Counted from the first letter of the stretch, positions 10,420 to 20,870 are shown. The stretch: 32,000 nt of DNA from Trichodesmium erythraeum IMS101 (GCF_000014265.1 NC_008312.1:1470001-1502000), one strand, 5' to 3'. Program-made: numbers and translations. Notes: generated by a model from the letters alone, not told the origin.

Positions 10420-11157
10420 ATGAAATTTCCGAAATGTAACTCCACCCAAGCGAGGAAAAATAGCCGAACACTTGGCCAACAGTGTTTTCCATCTCATCTC
10501 AAATCTGTGGTAGTAAACTTGTTGAATTTTCTAAAAGTCAATCCTATCCACCACAGAAAAAAGAACTATGTCTAAAGATGTATTTCAATAGAATGAGTTG
10601 ACGAGCTGTCCAAAGAATAACAGAGGTTTATCATACAACTATGATCAAATTTATAAAAGATGCAGGTATAAAATTACCAGATGCCCCTAAATAGTAACAG
10701 ATACCTAAAATCACCGAAATTGATAAGTTACAAACTTTTTAAGGCCACAAAAAACACAAAGTTGGGATTTAGATAATAATTAATCATTAGAAGTCAGGAA
10801 TCTTATTGTGGGTCTTAGGTGATTTCCTGACGCGACGCTACCACATTTCATATTGCTTTCCGAAACGCAGCAGCACAGCTTTTGAATATCTATGGTTAAT
10901 AATTAGATGCTGGCATGGCTTTTGGTATGTATGTGATGGTTATTCTGTATACACTTGTTTGATTGCTTGAGAGGAGCACTCAGTTAGTAAAACTTATATG
11001 ACCAAGATGGAAAAGGAAAATAATTGACTCCGACATTATTTGGTTTGGAATCTTATACAAAACCCTGTGCTACTCTAAGTCCCTTGAGATCCTCAAATAT
11101 TCTATTCGTCTTCTGCTGCACTATCTAACATTTTATATTCTTCCTATATCAGGATAG
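10420..11157 (+). pseudogene. IS1-family transposase pseudogene (InsA-like zinc-finger N-terminus plus InsB-like body), many stops and frameshifts
   Basis: N-terminus is MKFPKCNSTQARKNSRTLGQQCF. Later segments are PPQKKELCLKMYFNRMS, YHTTMIKFIKDAGIKLPDAP and ITEIDKLQTF*GHKKHKVGI. These are followed by ILLWVLGDF...FEYLWLIIRCWHGFWYVCDGYSVY...SKTYMTKMEKENN*LRHYLVWNLIQNPVLL*VP...LYSSSAALSNI. This parallels cyanobacterial IS1-family proteins (...SKTYMTRVEGENTRLRHYLARLHRKTLCYSKS...). Confidence 0.7.
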
Positions 11158-11189
11158 ATCATTTCTAATCAGCAACGCCTAAACAACCT

Positions 11190-11348
11190 TTCTCTTTGAT
11201 GAATTTGGTAAACCAGACATCAAAGCTGATAAAAAGAGAAAATTTCAGAAAGACCACTCGTCAGAAAAAGAACGCAAAACTCCAAAAGAAGATAGTAAAA
11301 ATAGTAAAAACAGTAAAAACAAGACAATAAAAGTAGACCGAGAAGAAA
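11190..11348 (+). pseudogene. 5' piece of an IS66-like transposase gene, separated from its continuation (12466-13148) by the IS630 insertion
   Basis: Translation is FDEFGKPDIKADKKRKFQKDHSSEKERKTPKEDSKNSKNSKNKTIKVDREEI, ending exactly at the IS630 terminus. After conceptual removal of the IS and one TA, the reading continues ...QEDIPPNAE.YFGYEEVIVQDILLKTDNVLF. Confidence 0.4.
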
Positions 11349-12465
11349 TATAGCAATCCCATATTGGTCGCAACAGATATAATAGTAAGAATAACAGATC
11401 TAAGAAAAAGACAAAAAATGAATATTATAGATAAACTAAATGATTTTATTAATCAAACAAAAGAGTCTAAAGAAATTAAAAGGGCCTTGGCCGTAAAAAT
11501 GACCTTGTCAGGAAAATCCTACCATGAAGTCAAAGAATTATTAAATGTTTCTCACAGTTTTATTAGTGAATGGAAAAACCAAGCATTATTTCATGGTGTA
11601 GAAAGTTTAAGGCTTCAGTATCAAGGGAGACAAGGTTACTTAAAAACGGTCGAAAAAGAGAAAACAATTGAGTGGTTGAGAGCACAAGATTATCTTAGGT
11701 TATCAGATTTAAAAAACTACTTACAGGAGCAATATGATGTGGTTTTTGAGTCTAATCAAAGTTACTATAACTTGTTTAAAGAAGCGGGCATAAGTTGGAA
11801 AAAAACTCAAAAAAAGAATCCTGCTAAAAATGATTAATTAGTAGAAGTTAAAAGAAAAGAAATAGAGGAATTTTTAGCTAAATGGCAACCAGAAATAGAA
11901 ACTGGAAAGCTTACAGTGTTTATGATTGATGAATGTCATCTTCTATGGGGAGACATATTAGGTTATGCTTGGGGAAAAACAGATGAAAGAATAGAAATTG
12001 CAATTAAAAATGAAAAAGAAAGACAGACTTATTATGGAGCTTTAGACTATAAAACCAAGGAATTTCTTGTGCAAGAATATGAGAGTGGAAATACTAAAAA
12101 TACTATTGAATTTATTAAATATTTGCAGAAGCAAAGACCGGGCAACAAATTAGCAATATTTTGGGATGGGGCAACTTACCATAACTCTCAAGAATTTCGA
12201 GAATATTTAATGACAATTAATCAATACTTATCAGAAGAAGAATTGTTGATAAATTGTACAAGATTTGCTCCCAATGCTCCGGAGCAAAATCCTGTTGAAG
12301 ATATTTGGTTACAAACCAAAAATTTCAGTATTACTTTTTATCATCTTTGCAGTTCTTTTAAAGTAGTTAAGTGGCTATTTAAGTTTTTTGCGGATGGTCA
12401 AATATTCAATTTCCCAAAACTTTTTCAGTATGAAATTTTGCCGCAACCTACTTAGGATTGCTATA
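11349..12465 (+). mobile_element. IS630-family insertion sequence, complete ends, TA target-site duplication
   Basis: The core 11351-12463 has imperfect terminal inverted repeats: TAGCAATCCCATATTGGTCGCAAC, and the reverse complement of GCCGCAACCTACTTAGGATTGCTA. TA lies at 11349-11350 and 12464-12465. It encodes an HTH plus DDE transposase and interrupts another transposase gene. Confidence 0.85.
11364..12455 (+). pseudogene. IS630-family (Tc1/mariner-like DDE) transposase interrupted by one in-frame TAA at 11835-11837
   Basis: ORFs 11364..11837 and 11916..12455 are in the same frame. Read-through gives ...KKNPAKND*LVEVKRKEIEEFLAKWQPEIETGKLTVFMIDECHLLWGD.... The catalytic triad context is FMIDECH, IFWDGATYH and APEQNPVEDIW. 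Confidence 0.8.
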
Positions 12466-13148
12466 TTAGTCTATTATCAGGAGGATATACCACCAAATTC
12501 AGGAGGATATACCACCAAATGCAGAGTTATTTTGGTTATGAAGAAGTAATTGTTCAAGACATTTTACTCAAAACAGATAACGTATTGTTTTCTAAGGAAA
12601 AATGCTATTCTCTGCCATTAGCTCAAGTTTCAAACACACTTCTAACAAAAGGTTACGAAGGAGAATTTGGTTTAGGAATCAAAGCATTGATCATGAGCCT
12701 ATACTATGATGGAAACATGAGCGAAGGTAAACTTCTAGAATTTTTATCAGATATTGGTATCTCAATGTTAGCAGGATACCTTTTATTGATCAGACATGAA
12801 TCATCTTTTGTAGTTGAATTGAAACAAGTATATAGGGAGTTGTTTCTGGTTGTCGAGTATCTAGAATTACCTTGGTATAATAATCCTGCGGAGTTAGCAG
12901 CTAGAACAATGGTGCTGCGACGATCGATTAGTTATGCTACTCAGACATTTATTTGTACAAAGGCTTGGGATATTTTTATGTCCCTTGTTGACACTACTCG
13001 TAAGTTGGATATTAGCTTTTTTGAGCATATAAGCGATCACATTTCTCAGGCTGGAATTATTCTTCCTCTGGCAACTATGATTTGTGATCAAGCTTCTCTT
13101 CATTTCTGGGGTTGGTCATGGTCAATGGAATCTTTGCCTACTAACTAA
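12466..13148 (+). pseudogene. 3' portion of an IS66-like transposase gene, truncated and degenerate
   Basis: The segments are FGYEEVIVQDILLKTDNVLFSKEKCYS, then EFGLGIKALIMSLYYDGNMSEGKLLEFLSDIGISM, then NNPAELAARTMVLRRSISYATQTFICTKAWDIFMSLVDTTRKLDISFFEHISDHI. The last resembles the C-terminal TNNxAER...RKN...KLG.. region of IS66-type transposases. The central DDE region is missing. Family assignment is from memory and uncertain. Confidence 0.45.
12478..12521 (+). repeat. 22-bp tandem duplication (CAGGAGGATATACCACCAAAT+T/G), 21/22 identical
   Basis: The copies are 12478-12499 and 12500-12521. The duplication lies inside the IS66-like transposase reading frame and shifts it, since 22 is not a multiple of 3. 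Confidence 0.9.
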
Positions 13149-13197
13149 TTATTGAGGGAATAATAATCATATTTATGGTAATACAATAAAATAAATA

Positions 13198-16100
13198 GTG
13201 AGTAAGCCAATGAAACTTCGCAAAAAAACACGAATAATTATTAATACGGTGATCGCTAGTATTGTAGCAATATTATATGTCGTACAATCAATTATTTTGC
13301 TTCACCACTTCCAATATTTGGAGGCAAATTATGTTCGTCTAAATGTTGATAGAGGATTAAATATACTAGATGAGCAGTTGTCTAATTTATCTGCCATAGC
13401 AAAACAGGATAGAGTATTATTATTATCAAAAAATTTTGCTAATCAAAACCAACTAGAATCTAATGTTAACCTAACAAAGGAAGAATTTATTAATTTTAAT
13501 TCTGTTAAAAACTTTTTTATTAATCAAAAACTTAACTTAATCTTACGAGTTAATTCTCAAGGAGAAATTTTATTTTCTCAAGTATTTGATCTAAATAAAC
13601 AAACAGAAATACCAATATCTGAAAGCTTTAAAAAACATCTATCTCGAATTCAAAATCTGAAGCAAGAAAATTATCTTTCTAAAATAGGTATTATTATTTT
13701 ACCAGAAGCACCTATGCTAATTGTTGCTACTAATGTTCCCAATGAAAAAGATAGTCTTAGCAACGATACTCTTATTGTGGGACGCTACTTAGATAATACA
13801 ATGATATCAAGGTTAGCCGAATCCACAAAATTATCACTAACCATCAGTCGGAATCTACAAACTAATCAGCAGCTAAAACTAAAAAATTCAGAAATAGTTG
13901 TAAAACCCCTTAGTTCTAATAAAATAGCTGGTTACAAAATTATCAAAGATATCTATAGTCAGCCTGTTCTAATTTTACAAGTAAAAATAGATCGAATAAT
14001 TAGCAATTCCCTTCAATCATTTTGGGGTTACCTTATTTTTTTATGGGTAATAGTAGGCCTTGTTTTTTGTGTGGTGATAATTGCAGTTATAGAAAAATTA
14101 TTAGTCTCCCGTGTTTTACAATTGAGCAAACTAGTAAAAAAAATAGCCTCCAGTGGAGACTTTTCCTCCCGTATATCAATGCTAGGAAATGATGAGTTAT
14201 CTAGTTTAGCAGGAACTATAAATAACATACTTGAAGGACTAAAAAATTATCACTCTGACTATCAAGAAAGTGAAGAAAGCTATCGACTAATGATAGAAAA
14301 CTCTACTTGTATTATTTCTCGTCACTCTCTAAATGGAATTTTTCTTGATATATCACCTAATTGCAGAAATCTTTTAGGATATTCTCCATTGGAACTTCTT
14401 GGTAATCATCCCCAAAAACTTTTTGCACATGAAGATACTAAAGCAATTGCTAAAGCTTATTATGCTGTTCTCAAAAATTCAGTAACTTCAACAATTACTT
14501 ACCGCCTCCTTTGTAAAGATAGTAAATATATTTGGTTGGAAACTAGTTTTCGTACAATTCGTGATTCTAAAACGGGTAAAGTACAAGAAATTATTGCACT
14601 TTCTTATGATATTTCTGAGCTGAAACAAAAAAAAGAAGAATTGCAAGAAAGTGAAGCAGCTATTCTGAGATTATATCAAATAACTTCTGCTACTTGTAAA
14701 GATAAAAATCTAGATATGGATCCGAGTTCTTTTTTTAATTATCGCCTTCAAAAGTTATTAGAAATGGGTTGTGAAAAGTTTGATCTAGAAACAGGAGTAT
14801 TATTTAAAATTGAAGATGGTATATCTACTACTATAGCATCTATAACTCCTGATAATTGTATTTCTAAAGGACAAGAGTTTGAAGTAGAAAAAAATTTTAT
14901 TTTTACAGCTATAACAGAAAAGCCAATATGTTTTGAATCTATTACATCTTCAGGTTTTTCTATCACAACAGATATAGATTTTCAAATCGAAGCTTATATG
15001 GGAGCACCAGTTATGGTAGGGGGTTTAGTTTATGGTACTCTCAATTTCTGGAGTCCTAAACCTCTCAGGCAGCCTTTTAAAGCTATAGATAAAGAATTAT
15101 TAAAACTAATGGCGCAGTGGGTAGGTGGAGAATTAGAGCGTCAAAAAACGGCAACTGATGCAACTGATTTAGCAAAGGCTAGGGATGAAGCACTAGCTGC
15201 TACTAGAGCTAAGAGTGAGTTTCTAGCAACTATGAGTCATGAAATTAGAACCCCAATAAATGCAGTTATTGGTATGACTGGTTTACTATTAGACACTTCT
15301 CTAAAATCAGATCAAACAGAATTTGTTGAGACTATTCGCAGTAGTGGTGATGCTTTACTTACACTAATTAACGATATACTTGATTTCTCCAAAATAGAAT
15401 CAGAAAAATTTGACTTGGAAGAACATCCTTTTGATTTAGAAACTTGTCTAGAAGAATCTATTGATTTATTAGTAGCAAAAGTTTCTGAACAAGGATTGGA
15501 ACTTGTTTATTTCATTGACCCAGAAACTCCCACTATTGTCATCGGGGATGTTACTAGGGTACGCCAAATTTTGGTTAATCTCTTGAGCAATGCTGTAAAG
15601 TTTACTTCTGATGGTGAGGTATTAGTTTCTGTTAGCGGAAGAAAGCTAGAAATAGAGGAAAATGTACAAAATTTAGCAGTAGAAAATATTTCAGAATCTG
15701 ATACTTGTGACATTTGGCCTGCTTATGAAATACAATTTTCAGTTAAAGATACAGGCATTGGTATTCCTGCTAATCGCATGAATCGTTTATTTAAGCGTTT
15801 TAGTCAAGTTGATTCTTCTACCAACCGAGAATATGGGGGTACAGGTTTAGGATTAGTTATCAGTAAAAGATTAGCTGAAATGATGGGTGGTCAGATGTGG
15901 GTTGAGAGTATGGGTGTAGTTGGAGGTAACCCCCCAGCAACTTATAGATTACCTGATTTATATGAACACTCAGCTGCTGTGAATGAAAAATCTGGTTCAA
16001 CTTTTTATTTTACGATAGTTAGTAAATGCAGTATTCAGACTGTTCAAAATAAATTTATTCAAACTAATTATGTAAATGGTAGTCAGCATAAATTAGTAGA

Positions 16101-17364
16101 TAAAAGAATACTAATTGTTGATGATAATAGTACGAATAGAACAATTTTGTTAAGGCAAACTGAATCTTGGGGGATGATAGTTAGGACTGCTGAAAATGCT
16201 AATCGTGCTTTAGAATTAATAGCAACAGAGAATAAGTTTGATGTGGCAATTATAGATATGAAAATGCCAGAAATTGACGGATTAAGTTTAGGAAAAAAAA
16301 TTACTGAATATCCAATATATCAGAATTTACCTATTATACTTCTTTCTTCTCTGGGTCAGCAAGAAATTAATTTTTCTGATAAATTATTGGGATCAGTTAT
16401 TAATAAACCTATTAAACAATCTCAGCTGTATGAAGCATTACTAAATATTTTTTCTGGTCAAGATGTTAAAGTAAAATTCAAAAATAATAATAAACGAAAC
16501 TATCAAACAATTCCTGTATTAGCAAAGGAATTACCCCTAAGAATATTATTGGCTGATGACCATTTGGTTAATCAAAAGGTGGCTTTACGAATTTTACAAC
16601 GGATGGGATATCGTGCTGATCTTGCTAGTAATGGTTTAGAAGTTTTAGCTGCTGTATTTCGTTTGCCTTATGATGTAGTTTTGATGGATGTACAAATGCC
16701 TTTAATGGACGGTTTAGAAGCTTCTCGTCACATTCAACGAGAATATGAGAATGCTACAAAATATTCTCAAAAAAGTCCTCAGAAAAGACCTCGAATTATT
16801 GCTATGACTGCTAATGTGATGCAGGGCTATCGCGAAGAATGTATAGCTGCTGGAATGGATGATTATATTAGTAAACCTATACAAATAGAGGAGCTTATCA
16901 AAGCATTGAGTAAATGTAAGTCTGTTGTTTCTGAGGTTAAAGAAAAACTAAATTTTCCACAATTAAATACTTTTCTAGAAACTGAAGATAATAATAACAA
17001 CATTTTTCCTGACAAGCCTATTCTTGAAAGTAAGGTAATAGAAAATTTGAGAGAAGTGGAATACCTAGATGAATCAATAGATATTTACCTGGAGACTTCT
17101 CCCGAACTGCTAGAGAATATTAATATTGCTATTAATCAAACTGACCCGTTAAGACTTAAGAATGCTGCCCATTCTTTGAAGTCTATTAGTGGTACTTTAG
17201 GAGCAATGAATCTTTACAATATTTGTCAAGAATTAGAAGTATTAGCTCGTTTAGCTTATGAGTCAGGAAATTTTACTCCAAAAGAAGTAATAGATATTTT
17301 TTCTGAAGTGAAAATTGAGTATGAAAAAGTTATTGCTGCTTTGAAGTTAGAACAACATAAATAG
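13198..17364 (+). CDS. Hybrid sensor histidine kinase: TM - extracytoplasmic region - TM - HAMP - PAS - GAF - HisKA - HATPase_c - REC - REC - Hpt
   Basis: An intact 1388-aa ORF (GTG at 13198, or ATG at 13210). The H-box is [17 protein letters not shown] with the His codon at 15238-15240. The G-box is [22 protein letters not shown]1 has ILIVDD...[14 protein letters not shown] with the Asp codon at 16255-16257. REC2 has ILLADD...[14 protein letters not shown] with the Asp codon at 16687-16689, followed by ISKP. The Hpt motif is [15 protein letters not shown] with the His codon at 17170-17172. The HAMP, PAS and GAF assignments come from sequence patterns only. Confidence 0.9.
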   Translation: MSKPMKLRKKTRIIINTVIASIVAILYVVQSIILLHHFQYLEANYVRLNVDRGLNILDEQLSNLSAIAKQDRVLLLSKNFANQNQLESNVNLTKEEFINFNSVKNFFINQKLNLILRVNSQGEILFSQVFDLNKQTEIPISESFKKHLSRIQNLKQENYLSKIGIIILPEAPMLIVATNVPNEKDSLSNDTLIVGRYLDNTMISRLAESTKLSLTISRNLQTNQQLKLKNSEIVVKPLSSNKIAGYKIIKDIYSQPVLILQVKIDRIISNSLQSFWGYLIFLWVIVGLVFCVVIIAVIEKLLVSRVLQLSKLVKKIASSGDFSSRISMLGNDELSSLAGTINNILEGLKNYHSDYQESEESYRLMIENSTCIISRHSLNGIFLDISPNCRNLLGYSPLELLGNHPQKLFAHEDTKAIAKAYYAVLKNSVTSTITYRLLCKDSKYIWLETSFRTIRDSKTGKVQEIIALSYDISELKQKKEELQESEAAILRLYQITSATCKDKNLDMDPSSFFNYRLQKLLEMGCEKFDLETGVLFKIEDGISTTIASITPDNCISKGQEFEVEKNFIFTAITEKPICFESITSSGFSITTDIDFQIEAYMGAPVMVGGLVYGTLNFWSPKPLRQPFKAIDKELLKLMAQWVGGELERQKTATDATDLAKARDEALAATRAKSEFLATMSHEIRTPINAVIGMTGLLLDTSLKSDQTEFVETIRSSGDALLTLINDILDFSKIESEKFDLEEHPFDLETCLEESIDLLVAKVSEQGLELVYFIDPETPTIVIGDVTRVRQILVNLLSNAVKFTSDGEVLVSVSGRKLEIEENVQNLAVENISESDTCDIWPAYEIQFSVKDTGIGIPANRMNRLFKRFSQVDSSTNREYGGTGLGLVISKRLAEMMGGQMWVESMGVVGGNPPATYRLPDLYEHSAAVNEKSGSTFYFTIVSKCSIQTVQNKFIQTNYVNGSQHKLVDKRILIVDDNSTNRTILLRQTESWGMIVRTAENANRALELIATENKFDVAIIDMKMPEIDGLSLGKKITEYPIYQNLPIILLSSLGQQEINFSDKLLGSVINKPIKQSQLYEALLNIFSGQDVKVKFKNNNKRNYQTIPVLAKELPLRILLADDHLVNQKVALRILQRMGYRADLASNGLEVLAAVFRLPYDVVLMDVQMPLMDGLEASRHIQREYENATKYSQKSPQKRPRIIAMTANVMQGYREECIAAGMDDYISKPIQIEELIKALSKCKSVVSEVKEKLNFPQLNTFLETEDNNNNIFPDKPILESKVIENLREVEYLDESIDIYLETSPELLENINIAINQTDPLRLKNAAHSLKSISGTLGAMNLYNICQELEVLARLAYESGNFTPKEVIDIFSEVKIEYEKVIAALKLEQHK

Positions 17365-17785
17365 TAGTACGGGAGTGATCAGAGTAGTTTTTATATGATT
17401 TTTTTTGTCAGCATTAACATGTAATAAAATTATAATAGGCTTTTTGTCAAAATATTTTATGTTACAATTAATAGTTGTTCGTTGTCTAAATTTAGGTGGC
17501 AGGATCCTCATAATTGCTTTTATATTTAGCGGTTACAGCAAATAAAGTTGAATCCTATCAACTTTTTAGTTGGCGATCGCTTGACAGTAGTGGTTACTTT
17601 GAAAATCAATAGACCTCTATGATGCCACCAAATACTTTTGCAATAGGTCTAATAATTATTAATTATAAAATATAGTTATATTAGGTGTTTAAATATTTTC
17701 AGATATCTCTAATATTCATTTATGGTTGTCGGGCAGGTCTAGTTAATTAAATTATCAGTATTAAAATCAATAATAAAACCTGACA

Positions 17786-18245
17786 CTATTTAAGAAGTAC
17801 GAATCTTTCTATTAATTGGAGTATCTCAACTTTATAGCATTTGTACTTACAGCAAATTTCGGGCGAATGATCTACAGAGTAAATAGTAAAAATCATGTAG
17901 TGATGGTAACCTCCTCTCATAGCTTTACTGTTAAACAACAGAAAGCGCTGTATCATCTTGGTGGAGACAGAGTAGATGTTTTCATGAAGAGCTGCCTTTG
18001 AGCAACAGTTTCCATGAAATGGTCTAAGAACTTTCCTATACTTACGAACCACAAAGTAGCAACAGCAGTAGCTAACTACAACCTTTTTACTCCAGCTGGG
18101 TCAGTCATTTTCCTGTGATGCCAGCCAAAACCTACCGGTTTAATATCTTTAAATAAACATTCAATCCTAAAACCTATCCCATACGAACATAAACTATACC
18201 TCAGTAATTTGAGAAAAGCATTTATCTAGTTTTTTGGTTAAACTC
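17786..18245 (-). mobile_element. 3' remnant of an IS4-superfamily DDE transposase element
   Basis: Reverse-strand translation reads GIGFRIECLFKDIKPVGFGWHHRKMTDPAGVKRL*LATAVATLWFVSIGKFLDHF. This matches the ...WxIExxFkDxKSxGfxWxxtrmxDPxRaeRLWLAMAVATLWxVSvG C-terminal block of cyanobacterial IS4-type transposases. It is homologous to 9050-9325. The two overlapping listed ORFs (17786..18052, 17816..18001) lie within it. Confidence 0.5.
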
Positions 18246-18275
18246 ACCCCAATAATAACGATATAATTCACTAAA

Positions 18276-19448
18276 CTATCTTTGTAAAAATACAGAAATT
18301 TTCTCTACAGCTCTTGACAAAACCTCTGGTCTATGCACTAAAGCAAACCTCACATACCCTTCTCCCGCCTTACCAAAACCAGCCCCTGGGGCAACTGCTA
18401 CCCCAGTGTTTTCCACTAAATCTACACAGAAATCCACAGAATCATTAGACCATAATTTCGGTAACTTTGTCCAAACATACATGGTTGCTGATGGCATTGG
18501 CACAGTCCAACCAATATTATCCAATGCCTCAATAAAAATGTCCCGCCGTTGGCGAAAAATGTCTACAGTTTTTCTGACCACCTCTTGGGGACCAGTTAAA
18601 GCTGCGATCGCCCCATTAAAAATGCCACGATATTGATTAAAGTCAATACAAGCTTTAACCTGTCGTAAAGCTTGAATCAACTGAGCATTACCAATAGCAT
18701 AGCCCACACGAAAACCCCCCATACTATAAGACTTAGACATAGTAAAAAATTCTATAGAAACACTTTTTTCTACGTCAGCTTGAAAAATAGAAGGAGCTTC
18801 AGAAGATGAATTAAAAACAAAATCCAGATAAGGAGCATCGTGAACCAAGACCAAATTATGTTTTTGGCAAAAAGCCACAGCTTCTTGGAGAAATGATATT
18901 GGAGCGATCGCCGTTGTGGGATTATGAGGATAACTCAAAATCATCATTTTTGCCTGAGCCAAGACATGTTGAGGAATATCTCCCAAGACAGGCAAAAACT
19001 TATTTTCTGCTAATAAAGGCATGGGGTAAACCTGACCTCCGGCCAAATACACCCCACCACTATGAGAAGGATAGCCAGGGTCTTGCAGCAAAGCAAAATC
19101 TCCGGGATCCAGGATAGCCAAAGGTAAATGGGCCGTACCTTCCTGGGAACCAATTAAAGCTAAAACTTCAGTTTCCGGGTTTAGTGAAATGTCAAACTTA
19201 TTACTATACCACCGAGCTACTGCCTCCCTAAAAGCTTGAGTGCTAGAAAATAATGAATAACCATGAGTATTAGAATCTTGTAGAGATTGAGATATCGCCT
19301 CTAAAGCGTGACGAGGCGCAGGTAAATCAGAAGATCCTAAAGACAAATCTATTAAATCTTGTCCTGCTGCCTTTGCCCTACCCTTAGCCCTATCCATATC
19401 AGCAAAGACATTAAAGCTTAAAGGTTTTAAACGTTTTGATAAATGCAT
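18276..19448 (-). CDS. PLP-dependent aminotransferase, class I/II (aspartate or diaminopimelate-type aminotransferase family)
   Basis: An intact 390-aa ORF with family motifs LIDLSLGSSDLP, GSQEGTAHLPLA, LSYPHNPT and HDAPYLDFVF, plus the PLP-lysine context FFTMSKSYSMGGFRVGY. It contains two HIP1 sites and is visibly more GC-rich than its flanks. Confidence 0.85.
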   Translation of the reverse strand: MHLSKRLKPLSFNVFADMDRAKGRAKAAGQDLIDLSLGSSDLPAPRHALEAISQSLQDSNTHGYSLFSSTQAFREAVARWYSNKFDISLNPETEVLALIGSQEGTAHLPLAILDPGDFALLQDPGYPSHSGGVYLAGGQVYPMPLLAENKFLPVLGDIPQHVLAQAKMMILSYPHNPTTAIAPISFLQEAVAFCQKHNLVLVHDAPYLDFVFNSSSEAPSIFQADVEKSVSIEFFTMSKSYSMGGFRVGYAIGNAQLIQALRQVKACIDFNQYRGIFNGAIAALTGPQEVVRKTVDIFRQRRDIFIEALDNIGWTVPMPSATMYVWTKLPKLWSNDSVDFCVDLVENTGVAVAPGAGFGKAGEGYVRFALVHRPEVLSRAVEKISVFLQR

Positions 19449-19564
19449 TTTGACTAAATTTTCCTAAGAAAAAAACGGAGATGAACAAAAAGGCTTATTG
19501 TTTATTAACAAAAAATATTAAAAATACCATACTATATACAATCTGACAACAATAGCAGTTAGGG

Positions 19565-19649
19565 GTGCAAAACCAGTTCACTAAGTAAACGCTAGAGTAG
19601 TTAGCAGTGCAAAACCAGGTTACTAAGTGAGTGCTAGTCTTGGTTTTGC
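19565..19649. repeat. Two about 31-nt direct repeats (period 42) plus an inverted partner that forms a hairpin
   Basis: The direct repeats are GTGCAAAACCAGTTCACTAAGTAAACGCTAG (19565-19595) and GTGCAAAACCAGGTTACTAAGTGAGTGCTAG (19607-19637). CTTGGTTTTGC follows at 19639-19649 and again at about 19765-19775, and is complementary to GCAAAACCAG(G). Confidence 0.5.
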
Positions 19650-19882
19650 CAATTAATAGCTTATCTGAGCGCCACCCTACCAAGGGTTAGTTAACTGTTG
19701 TTGATTTACTAATATTTATTCACTATTAGTTTATATATATTGATCTAGTTATACTTACAGTGGCTTGGTTTTGCTGATGAGGTAAATTAATTTCGGGCAA
19801 GATGCCTGCATTACAATAACTGAAAAAGCCCATTCCCTAATTACTTAACTATCTATTCAAAAAGTTTTAGTAGGTGTTAGAG

Positions 19883-20180
19883 TTAAATGAGTTTCATTTT
19901 AATTGAAGGATATCTTAATTCTAATCTTAGATAACCTGATAACAATTTATGTTTAACTTGATCAATAGGTATCTTCAAAAATGCAGATTTTGAAACAGCA
20001 GGTAAGGCTTTGAGAACCTTTTTTGGAGATATTTAATAGTTTTTCCGGTTTCTCACTGCTCTAATATTTTTTCAAAAATTCCAGACTAACATAGCACAGG
20101 CCATAAGATTTTTTTTAATTTGACTGATACGAAATTAACCAAACTCTATGCCTGTCAATTGCTTAAGTTCTCTGTGTGTT
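19883..20180 (-). pseudogene. C-terminal remnant of an IS701/IS4-superfamily DDE transposase
   Basis: Reverse-strand translation reads THRELKQLTGIEFG*FRISQIKKNLMACAMLVWNF*KNIRAVRNRKNY*ISPKKVLKALPAVSKSAFLKIPIDQVKHKLLSGYLRLELRYPSIKMKLI*. It parallels the FHREiKQLTGIEkCQCRkxRIQRNHIACAmLVW...YQiKhgLLSdYLiQQLKnPSIkM tail recalled from Nostocales transposases. Confidence 0.5.
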
Positions 20181-20414
20181 AAACTTTTTTACTTTCCATC
20201 TAGGCAAAAGACTCAAACTCTATAAAATCTACTGAAAATTAACTTAAGTCTAAGGTAGAAATATATTCCGTTCTATTGGTAGAAATACTTGCCCCTAAAG
20301 ATTTTAGCTTTTATTACTAAACAATATATCTCTTGCAGGTATTGCTCGAGGAAGCCAGGTAGGGTGAAATTTGACTTATAAATTATGCTAATCGCAAATA
20401 TGCTTAAGTTCCAA

Positions 20415-20870
20415 AATATGCTAGAGATGTCCTCTAAAAAAAAAGTTCGATTGACTATTCAGTGTGATAAGATTTAGTCATTTGTACCATAAAGGTAATA
20501 AACAGTAGATTTAGCAGGCTCAATATATTAGCATCAAAGAAATTGTTGGAGCTTACAGATCGCGATCGCAGTATAGATGGAGCTAGAGAATTGTGAAATT
20601 ATTTACCTGTTGTTTATGGACAGTTTGCACTAACTTCACATACTTTTGGTCAGCACAAGAAGAAATATTCTCAAGCACATGGCATCAAGCCGTTAGTAAA
20701 ACAAGTTATCCAAAAGTAATCTAACTAATTAACTATATTGAGAGATTGAAATGTAGCATTAGACAGAGAACATTTGGCAATTTTGAGAAAAACTTGATTA
20801 TTTTCTAAAAAAGATCGAAAATCATATTGAAGCTATCTGGTATTTCCCGAACTAGTATAAATAAGTCCTT
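20415..20870 (+). pseudogene. IS1-family (InsB-like) transposase remnant, a different lineage from 10420-11157
   Basis: Across frames the reading is LEMSSKKKSS..., KEIVGAYRSRS, LPVVYGQFALTSHTFGQHKKKYSQAHGIKPLVKQVIQK, YIERLKCSIRQRTFGNFEKNLIIF*K and ENHIEAIWYFPN*YK. This parallels ...YIERFNCTLRQRVSRLVRKTLSFSKKLENHIGAIWYFIHHYN. Confidence 0.6.

Noticed and set aside
10336-10575. ORF 10336..10575(+) as an independent small gene
   Set aside because: Its C-terminal two-thirds is the zinc-finger N-terminus of the IS1-family pseudogene. The first 28 codons are read-through of upstream sequence.
11835-11837. Programmed stop-codon read-through or recoding in the IS630 transposase
   Set aside because: There is no slippery sequence or downstream structure, and IS630 transposases are normally a single ORF. 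A simple nonsense mutation is the more economical explanation. It is kept as a low-interest finding only.
12894-15713. Antisense ORFs 12894..13103, 14028..14228, 14748..14966, 15507..15713
   Set aside because: They are embedded antisense in the transposase fragment or the hybrid kinase gene and look like shadow ORFs.
17786-18052. ORFs 17786..18052(-) and 17816..18001(+) as genes
   Set aside because: They overlap each other and fall inside the IS4-like remnant. The conserved transposase reading is in a different frame and is broken by stops.
18406-19117. ORFs 18406..18636(+) and 18893..19117(+)
   Set aside because: They are antisense within the aminotransferase gene.
19495-19683. ORF 19495..19683(-) (repeat-containing peptide LVTWFCTANYSSVYLVNWFCTPN)
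   Set aside because: The internal peptide repeat simply reflects the DNA direct repeats at 19565-19637, and there is no homology signal.
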